Position numbers and translations under genes: made by a program
Notes under the pieces: model-generated
Databases searched by the model: none
What the model was told of the DNA's origin: nothing
Seen by the model: the letters and a program-made list of their open reading frames with translations, nothing else
NCBI GenBank assembly: GCA_964609355.1
Contig: CAZSUK010000497.1
Location: forward strand, 1-52,551
DNA: 52,551 nt
From: an uncultured Acidobacteriaceae bacterium
GTDB taxonomy: Bacteria; Acidobacteriota; Terriglobia; Terriglobales; Acidobacteriaceae
Direction of reading: 5' to 3'
Shown here: positions 45,322-52,551 of the stretch, piece by piece
Position numbering within the stretch: the first letter of the stretch is position 1
Layout of the letters: every line of letters begins with the position of its first letter

Positions 45322-46524
45322 ATGATCCTTAGTTTTTTTCATTTCACGATATTAGGGATGGCTGCTATCCCGTTGATTTACTACTCACTTGCGTTGTTCA
45401 GCGCGTGGCAGTTCTTTCGTCAATCGCATAAAAGTGCCCCCTCGAATAGCTATACCCCTCCGGTGAGTAATCTGAAGCCCATTCGTGGACTGGATCCGGA
45501 TGCTTACGAAAATTTCGCCAGCTTCTGCCGCCAGGATTATCCCGAGTACGAGATTGTGTTTTGCGTTGGCGATGCTTCTGAACCTGCACTGCCAGTGATC
45601 CAGAGGCTCATTCGTGACTTTCCTGAATGTCAGATCCGGGTTTTGATCGGCTCCGGGAGGGTAGCTACCAACGATAAAGTCGCTAAGCTGGCTCGACTAT
45701 CTGCAGAAGCAAAATACGAAACTGTGGTGATGAGTGACAGCGATGTGCGCGTGCAACCGGACTACCTGCGCACTATTGTTGCCGGGATGGCGGATCCGAA
45801 GGTGGGAGCGGTTACATGCTTTTATGCCCCCGTACCCAGCGAAGAGAAAACCTTCGTCCAGCGCGTGCAATCGGTTGGCATGCTCTCTGATTTTTATGCT
45901 GGTATTTTGGTAGCCAGACAATTGGATGGAGTTAAGTTCGCCCTGGGTCCGACGATCGCCACCACGCGAACGCGTCTTGCCGGCTTTGGCGGCTATGCGG
46001 CTATTGAAAACCGCCCGGCGGACGATCTGCTCGTAGGACGTTTGATCGCAGAGCAAGGCTATGAAGTGCAGTTACTGAATTATTCGATTCAGACTGTATC
46101 GGACTTTCATTCGTTGCGCGACCTGTTTCTGAAGCGACTGCGTTGGACCGTGGTCATGCGCATCATGCGTCCCTGGGGACACCTGGGGCTGATTTTTACT
46201 CTTGGGTTGCCGTGGGCTTTGGCGGCAATCTTTGTTCAACCCACTCCAGAGATAATCTTTGCCTATCTGAGCGCATACTTCGCATTCCGTATCGCCATGA
46301 TGGAAGTGATTGGAAGATGGGGATTGAAGCAGCCAGGCATCTATAAGAAACTATGGCTGCTTCCAGTCTGGGACTTGCTCGCGACCAGCATATGGCTGGC
46401 AAGTTTCACTCGCAACAGCATTCGCTGGAGAGATGGCTACTACTACATTCGCAATGGCGAGTTAGTTCCGGTGGATCCTTCGGCGGCCATTCGTGCAGCT
46501 GAGAAGGCTCCGGAGCGGGTTTAA
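45322..46524 (+). CDS. Membrane glycosyltransferase, GT2/GT21-like (ceramide glucosyltransferase / HpnI-like)
   Basis: 400 aa. N-terminal TM, PVSNLKPIRGLDP, QDYPEYEIVFCV, DKVAKL, MSDSDV (D.D), RLRW (Q/RxxRW-like). Hydrophobic C-terminal half. Confidence 0.8.
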   Translation: MILSFFHFTILGMAAIPLIYYSLALFSAWQFFRQSHKSAPSNSYTPPVSNLKPIRGLDPDAYENFASFCRQDYPEYEIVFCVGDASEPALPVIQRLIRDFPECQIRVLIGSGRVATNDKVAKLARLSAEAKYETVVMSDSDVRVQPDYLRTIVAGMADPKVGAVTCFYAPVPSEEKTFVQRVQSVGMLSDFYAGILVARQLDGVKFALGPTIATTRTRLAGFGGYAAIENRPADDLLVGRLIAEQGYEVQLLNYSIQTVSDFHSLRDLFLKRLRWTVVMRIMRPWGHLGLIFTLGLPWALAAIFVQPTPEIIFAYLSAYFAFRIAMMEVIGRWGLKQPGIYKKLWLLPVWDLLATSIWLASFTRNSIRWRDGYYYIRNGELVPVDPSAAIRAAEKAPERV

Positions 46525-46543
46525 CCTAAGACCTACCTCATAC

Positions 46544-46608
46544 CCACAAACATGTGTGCCCCACGTCTCGCTCGTTCTTGGTGAGACGTGGGGCACACAT
46601 GTTTGTGG
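46544..46608. terminator. Very long perfect hairpin (26-bp stem, 13-nt loop) between convergent genes: bidirectional terminator and/or REP-like element
   Basis: CCACAAACATGTGTGCCCCACGTCTC (46544-46569) is the exact reverse complement of 46583-46608. The inner part (GAGACGTGGGGCAC) is a variant of the recurrent GAGACCTGGG core. Confidence 0.7.
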
Positions 46609-46632
46609 CTGATCGATGTACTTAGCCGAAGT

Positions 46633-47892
<1,260 letters not shown>

Positions 47893-47929
47893 TTAACCAT
47901 CTATCTTACTGTGATAGACGACGTGGAGA

Positions 47930-49861
47930 TTAAATAGGAGTACCGGCCGCTTCGCTTACCAAAACCGGCACCTTTCGTGGGGATCCTGAAGTCGACTGAA
48001 TGTGCCATTTCTTCATCCACAGGAACAAGATCATCAAGCCCCAGAGGTGATATCCAAGATTGGCTCGTCTATCGAGGTGGAGCTGCATCAACCTTTCGAT
48101 GGTGTCCGCGCGGAAGAGATCTGCGTGCTCAGAAAGGCCTTCCTGCAAAGTGTCCAGCATCAGTGAACGCAGAGAGCCGCGGAGCCACTGATGCGCGGGA
48201 ATGTCGAAGCCAACTTTTTTGCGCTGAAGAATCGATGCGGGCAGTTTGTCCTTCATCAATTCCTTCAGGACGAACTTTTGCCGCGAGCCTCGCATCTTCA
48301 GCGAGTCCGGCAAGGTGGCAGCAAACTCAACGATGCGGTGGTCAAGGAAAGGGGGACGCACCTCAACTGCATGGGCCATGCTCATGCGATCTGACTTCAC
48401 CAGAATGTCGTCCGCCAGATAATACTTTTGATCGAACGCCAGATATGGGTAGAGGCTGTTACTGGCCGCAACCGAATCGGCCAGGCCAGCCAATATGTTG
48501 TCCATCGATCCGGGGAGAGGATGCCGTAACAAGGCTGCTTTAGCGTCCTCAGAGAAGGTTCCATTCCAGTGCACATGGGCCTGTTCGGGCCGCATCAGGC
48601 TGCCCTCGAGAAAGCGCTTCAGCTTGTATTCGAGGCTGATCTTTTCGTCGGAGACTGGCCATAAGCGTAGTCCGGTAAGGGCCGCTCTGATCGCCGCCGC
48701 GGGCATGGTCCGCGCAGTGCGGGCAAGCTGGTTGGCGCGATACGTGAGGTATCCGGCAAAGATCTCATCGGCGCCCTCACCGCTCAGGGCGACGGTCGCG
48801 TGCGTCTTGCACATGCGGGATAGAAACCAGACCGGCAATGCCCCTGCATCTGCGCTCGGCTCATCGGAGTAATAAGCGAACTGCTCGATTGCGCCCTGCA
48901 GATCTTCCTGGGGGTTCAAATCAAACTGCTCGTGCTCTGTTCCGTAGTGCGAGACCACCCGCTGAATATGCTCGGTCTCATCAAAGCTGCGGCCGTTGAA
49001 TGAGATGGAGAAAGTCTTCAGTCGAGCATGATTGGTGCCGGCCGCATAATGCAGGATGGTGGATGAGTCGACTCCGCCGCTGAGCCAGACTCCCAGTGGT
49101 ACGTCGGAGAGCAGGTGCTCGCGTAAGGACTGCTGCAGCAGAGAGTCCAGTTCCTGCTTTGCACTCTCCAGGTCGATGACGCGCGGCGTGGAGTCGGGTA
49201 AGCGCCAATAAGATTCTGTGCGCATCCGTCCGTCATGCCACTCACACCAATGGCCAGGCGGAAGCTTCTCCACTCCATCCACCAGTGTCCAGGGGCAGGG
49301 AACGTAGTTCAAAGAGAGATAGCAGTCAAGCCCTTCCAGGCTCAGGCGGCGCTCTACTTCGGGGTGGACAAGGATGGCCTTGAGCTCAGACCCAAAGAGC
49401 ACGTCCTCACCATACTTCGCGAGGTAAAGGGGCTTGATTCCCATGCGATCTCGAGCCAGGACAAGGCGCCTGGTCGACTTGGTCCACAGGGCAACTGCGA
49501 ACATACCCCTTAAGCGGGCAAAACAGGCGGTGTCCCATGCCAGGTAGGCATAAAGAACTGTCTCGGTATCGCAATGGGTAAGAAACTTGTAGCCGAGAGA
49601 CTCCAGCTCAGGGCGTAGTTCAAGGTGGTTATAGATTTCTCCGTTGAATACGATGACCGTGTCGCCATCGCTCGAAGTGATCGGTTGATCGCCTGCAGCC
49701 AGATCGAGAATCTTCAAGCGAGTGGCGCCCATACAACACAGGCGCGAGGAGAAAACTCCCTGCTGGTCAGGCCCTCGATGAGTCAGGGTCGCGGTAGCGG
49801 CGCGAATCCTGTCGGGGTGAGAAGCCCAGCTTTTCTGGGTAAAGCCGGCAATGCCACACAA
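47930..49861 (-). CDS. asnB: Asparagine synthase (glutamine-hydrolysing), AsnB family
   Basis: MCGIAGF Ntn start and the SGGVDSS PP-loop, 643 aa. Confidence 0.9.
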   Translation of the reverse strand: MCGIAGFTQKSWASHPDRIRAATATLTHRGPDQQGVFSSRLCCMGATRLKILDLAAGDQPITSSDGDTVIVFNGEIYNHLELRPELESLGYKFLTHCDTETVLYAYLAWDTACFARLRGMFAVALWTKSTRRLVLARDRMGIKPLYLAKYGEDVLFGSELKAILVHPEVERRLSLEGLDCYLSLNYVPCPWTLVDGVEKLPPGHWCEWHDGRMRTESYWRLPDSTPRVIDLESAKQELDSLLQQSLREHLLSDVPLGVWLSGGVDSSTILHYAAGTNHARLKTFSISFNGRSFDETEHIQRVVSHYGTEHEQFDLNPQEDLQGAIEQFAYYSDEPSADAGALPVWFLSRMCKTHATVALSGEGADEIFAGYLTYRANQLARTARTMPAAAIRAALTGLRLWPVSDEKISLEYKLKRFLEGSLMRPEQAHVHWNGTFSEDAKAALLRHPLPGSMDNILAGLADSVAASNSLYPYLAFDQKYYLADDILVKSDRMSMAHAVEVRPPFLDHRIVEFAATLPDSLKMRGSRQKFVLKELMKDKLPASILQRKKVGFDIPAHQWLRGSLRSLMLDTLQEGLSEHADLFRADTIERLMQLHLDRRANLGYHLWGLMILFLWMKKWHIQSTSGSPRKVPVLVSEAAGTPI

Positions 49862-49878
49862 ATCGGTAGTACCTCGTG

Positions 49879-49987
49879 TCCCGGATTTCCTACTTCGCGC
49901 TGCTGGCAGCGACTACGTGTGCGGCTCTCCTTAAAGAGAGCCGCATGAAATTCATCAGCGCCACGGTTCTCGACTGGAAATCCGGGA
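49879..49987. repeat. Nested inverted repeats in the asnB / EamA divergent region
   Basis: Outer 12-bp perfect arms TCCCGGATTTCC (49879-49890) and GGAAATCCGGGA (49976-49987). Inner hairpin TGCGGCTCTC/GAGAGCCGCA at 49920-49945. An adjacent perfect 10-bp hairpin GGAGAAAGGC-TTG-GCCTTTCTCC lies at 49985-50007. Confidence 0.4.
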
Positions 49988-50091
49988 GAAAGGCTTGGCC
50001 TTTCTCCAATCTATAGTTATATCGCAAACCCGCCGGTCACCTCGTCGTGGACGCTGGGTCCAGCTAGTACAATCGATGCTGACGGAAGTGA

Positions 50092-50538
50092 ATGAAGTCT
50101 CAAAAACCACTGCATCTTAAGACGTTTTCGCTGATCCTGGTGATGGTCATTGCGGGCCCCCTTGGGAACGTTTTGCTGAGCAAGGGAATGAAGCAGACAG
50201 GCTCGCTGGCATGGTGGCCGCTAAGCGAGGCACTCCACACCGTAGTCCGCGTCCTCTGTACCGGCTCTGTCTGGCTGGGAGTCGCGTCTCTGCTCACCTT
50301 TTTCCTGGCCAATATTTTGGTCTTATCCTGGGCGGATTACAGCTTCGTACAGCCGGCTTCGTCGATCGCCTACGGTGTTTCCGCGCTGCTCGGCTATTTC
50401 ATGCTGGGGGAGCCAGTCTCACCCTTGCGGTGGACAGGCATTGCCATTATTTGCCTGGGTGTATTTGTGGTTGGGCAGTCGAGCCCGCAAAGCCATCCCA
50501 GCCCGCAAAGCCCGCTGCAAAGTTTGGAGCGCACTTAA
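50092..50538 (+). CDS. Small EamA-like (DMT superfamily) membrane protein, half-size
   Basis: 148 aa, 4-5 TM, single EamA-type domain. Ser/Pro/Gln-rich tail. Confidence 0.7.
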   Translation: MKSQKPLHLKTFSLILVMVIAGPLGNVLLSKGMKQTGSLAWWPLSEALHTVVRVLCTGSVWLGVASLLTFFLANILVLSWADYSFVQPASSIAYGVSALLGYFMLGEPVSPLRWTGIAIICLGVFVVGQSSPQSHPSPQSPLQSLERT

Positions 50539-50539
50539 C

Positions 50540-50914
50540 TTGGTCGAGGTCATTCTCTTTACTCTGATCACTGTGGCCGGCACTTGCGGGGAGTTGTGCG
50601 TTTCCCGGGCCATGAAGGCGGTGGGAGAAGTAAAAGATTTTCGCCCCTTGTCGATTGCCAGGGTTATTCTTCGGGCACTGCGCGTAGGCTGGATGTGGGC
50701 AGGAGTTGGGATGATGGCACTGGCGTTTTTCTCCCTGCTGGGTGCGCTTTCTTTTCTGAACGTAAGCTTCGTGGTGCCGGTGACCGCCCTGAGCTATGTC
50801 GCCGGTGCGTGCGGAGCAATGTTTTTCCTGCGTGAGCGGGTCAGCCGGCGACGCTGGGCAGGTGTTTGCCTGGTCGTAATCGGGGTCGCCCTGGTGTTTT
50901 TGGGTAAACAATGA
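50540..50914 (+). CDS. Second small EamA-like (DMT superfamily) membrane protein, half-size
   Basis: TTG at 50540 directly after the TAA of the previous gene, 124 aa, 4 TM. The longer ORF from 50375 overlaps the previous gene out of frame. The ATGA overlap at 50911-50914 couples it to the next gene. Confidence 0.6.
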   Translation: MVEVILFTLITVAGTCGELCVSRAMKAVGEVKDFRPLSIARVILRALRVGWMWAGVGMMALAFFSLLGALSFLNVSFVVPVTALSYVAGACGAMFFLRERVSRRRWAGVCLVVIGVALVFLGKQ

Positions 50915-52149
50915 GCACTTCTGCGCCAGTTCGCGGCACCCAAAGTATTGCCCTCCGCGAGATAATCTTGCTGGCCATCGACTCGTTTCGTCTGAACCAG
51001 GTTCGCTTCGCCCTGACTGCCCTGGGCATGGTGATCGGGACCGCCTCCCTGATCCTGGTGGTCACCATCGGGCTCTCGGGGAGGAGGTACGTGCTCACCT
51101 CGATTCAAAACATCGGGACCAATCTCATATGGGCAGAGTACGCCGGGCTGTCGGATGCCAGTATCGCGTCGGTGCGCGATTACCTGACGGTCGCCGATAT
51201 GGATGCGGTGGAGCAGCAGGTTCCCGGCATCCAGGAGGCATCGCCGGTGCTCAATCTGCACCAGTTCTTCACCAGCGGCGGGGGCAAGGAGCGCGATGTC
51301 CTGATCCTCGGGGTGAATCCGGAATATCCCAACATTCGCCGGCTTTATCTCATCGCCGGGCGCTTTTTCGATCAGCAGGACTCGTTGACCCACAGCCATG
51401 CCGCGCTGGTCACGGAGAGGTTCGCCTTGACCCAGTATGGCAATCCCTCCGAAGCGGTGGGGAAGACATTGGCCATCTCCGGGGTGCCATTCGCCATCAT
51501 CGGCGTTTTTCGGGAGCGGGTGGCGACGTTCGGGCAGTCGGAAATCGTCGATGAGACGGTGCTCATTCCATACACCGTAGCCCGTTACTTCACCGGAACG
51601 GACGCGGTCAACCAGATCTACTTTTCCATGACCGATTCGGGCAGTGTTCCCTGGGCGACGCTGGCAATCAAGAAAGCTATCAAGGCAAGGCATCGTCCCG
51701 AATCCGTGTATGACGTAGGTGATTTATCCGAGGTGCTTTCGATGGCCGGCAAGACGGCGACTGCCTTCAGCATCGTGCTCCTGCTGTTTTCGCTGGTGAC
51801 CTTGCTGGTGAGCGGGGTGGGCATCATGAACATCATGCTGGCCACGGTACGTTCTAGGATTCGGGAGATAGGGATTCGCAAGGCCTTGGGGGCGACCTTT
51901 CGGGAAATTCAACTGCAATTTCTGGCCGAGGCAGTGCTGATCTCGCTTAGTGGAGGTGTGGTGGGCACGGTGCTGGCGATGGCTTTGCCGCTTTTGGTGG
52001 CATTTTTTACCGACTACCGGCTGCAGGTTTCCTGGCTGTCGGCGGTGCTTGCGATTATGGTTTCCTGTGCTGTGGGGGTGGCTTTTGGGACCTTCCCGGC
52101 GGTGCGGGCCGCGCGCATGGATCCTGTAGAATCACTGAAATACGAATAG
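50911..52149 (+). CDS. ABC transporter permease, MacB/FtsX family (single copy)
   Basis: 412 aa. N-terminal TM (FALTALGMVIGTASLILVVTIG), periplasmic MacB_PCD-like domain, C-terminal FtsX 3-TM bundle (REIGIRKALGATFREI). Confidence 0.85.
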   Translation: MSTSAPVRGTQSIALREIILLAIDSFRLNQVRFALTALGMVIGTASLILVVTIGLSGRRYVLTSIQNIGTNLIWAEYAGLSDASIASVRDYLTVADMDAVEQQVPGIQEASPVLNLHQFFTSGGGKERDVLILGVNPEYPNIRRLYLIAGRFFDQQDSLTHSHAALVTERFALTQYGNPSEAVGKTLAISGVPFAIIGVFRERVATFGQSEIVDETVLIPYTVARYFTGTDAVNQIYFSMTDSGSVPWATLAIKKAIKARHRPESVYDVGDLSEVLSMAGKTATAFSIVLLLFSLVTLLVSGVGIMNIMLATVRSRIREIGIRKALGATFREIQLQFLAEAVLISLSGGVVGTVLAMALPLLVAFFTDYRLQVSWLSAVLAIMVSCAVGVAFGTFPAVRAARMDPVESLKYE

Positions 52150-52154
52150 CCGGC

Positions 52155-52174
52155 GTGCAATTTTTCTATTGCAC
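52155..52174 (+). terminator. Short hairpin after the permease gene (weak terminator candidate)
   Basis: GTGCAAT-TTTTCT-ATTGCAC, a 7-bp stem 6 nt after the stop. There is no downstream T-tract, hence the low confidence. Confidence 0.3.
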
Positions 52175-52311
52175 TGGTCGAATTCGCGGTATATCCTAAA
52201 AGAGCGTCGAATACGATTTTGGTTCTCAGCTCGTTCTGCTTTAGGAGTCCGCACTACCTGCAGATACCCCGATTGAATTCAGCGTCATCTCGTTACTAAG
52301 GAAGAAACACA

Positions 52312-52512
52312 ATGGAACAAGGTACAGTGAAATGGTTCAACGATGCCAAGGGGTTCGGCTTTTTGAGCCGTGCAAATGGTGAGGATGTTTTCGTGCACCA
52401 CACAGCGATCCAAGCAAACGGCTTCCGCACTCTTCAAGAAGGCCAGGCGGTTCAGTTCAACGTAACCAAAGGCCCTAAGGGTTGGCAGGCAGAGAACGTT
52501 CAGGTTCTGTAG
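52312..52512 (+). CDS. Cold-shock protein (CspA family, CSD)
   Basis: 66 aa: [15 protein letters not shown] (RNP1) and VFVHH (RNP2). Preceded by AAGGAAG and a ~160-nt upstream untranslated region. Confidence 0.95.
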   Translation: MEQGTVKWFNDAKGFGFLSRANGEDVFVHHTAIQANGFRTLQEGQAVQFNVTKGPKGWQAENVQVL

Positions 52513-52551
52513 TCTGTAGTCAGCTTTAAGCAGGAAGAGGCGGCTCCAGGT

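Noticed and set aside
49945-50016. 23-codon ORF (MKFISATVLDWKSGRKAWPFSNL) in the asnB/EamA intergenic region.
   Set aside because: It is too short, has no convincing RBS and coincides with hairpin arms. It cannot be supported as a gene from sequence alone.
50474-50520. Near-tandem repeat AGCCCGCAAAGCC ... AGCCCGCAAAGCC, encoding SPQSHPSPQSP at the end of the first EamA gene.
   Set aside because: It is a short low-complexity coding repeat in a disordered tail, with no sign of phase-variable length (not a homopolymer or long SSR).

Overview
High-GC (~58%) chromosomal segment with about 42 protein-coding genes. It is probably from an Acidobacteriota-like soil bacterium. That is an inference from an ADOP-type duplicated FtsX permease, a PQQ-like beta-propeller and many Tat/Sec-exported hydrolases. 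I saw no rRNA, tRNA, CRISPR array, transposase or integrase.

Recognisable content, in order:
- a secreted haem-c / copper-monooxygenase-like / TPR fusion protein
- a MarR-ICMT operon with an obvious palindromic operator
- a sugar-acid block: TIM-barrel isomerase, GMC flavoprotein plus Tat small subunit, then denD-otnK-otnC-otnI for four-carbon acid sugars
- Mn catalase, GH29 fucosidase, a PQQ-like propeller and DinB
- a cluster of exported caspase-fold proteins (peptidase C14 and CHAT) next to an orphan Tat protein
- a purple-acid-phosphatase-like gene whose Tat leader is cut by an in-frame TAG
- a Tat amidohydrolase and a Tat NIPSNAP protein
- a PLD / ABC exporter / APC permease string
- a 1305-aa single-chain Topo III-RecQ fusion
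- ilvA and an aminotransferase
- an ADOP permease
- the imuA-imuB-dnaE2 mutagenesis cassette
- a GT2/GT21-like glycosyltransferase, sqdB and asnB
- a split EamA pair, a MacB-type permease and a cold-shock protein

The most unusual items are the Topo III-RecQ fusion and the exported caspase/CHAT neighbourhood. A family of REP-like palindromes (GAGACSTGGG core) recurs in intergenic regions. All functional calls come from motif recognition by eye. No searches were run.
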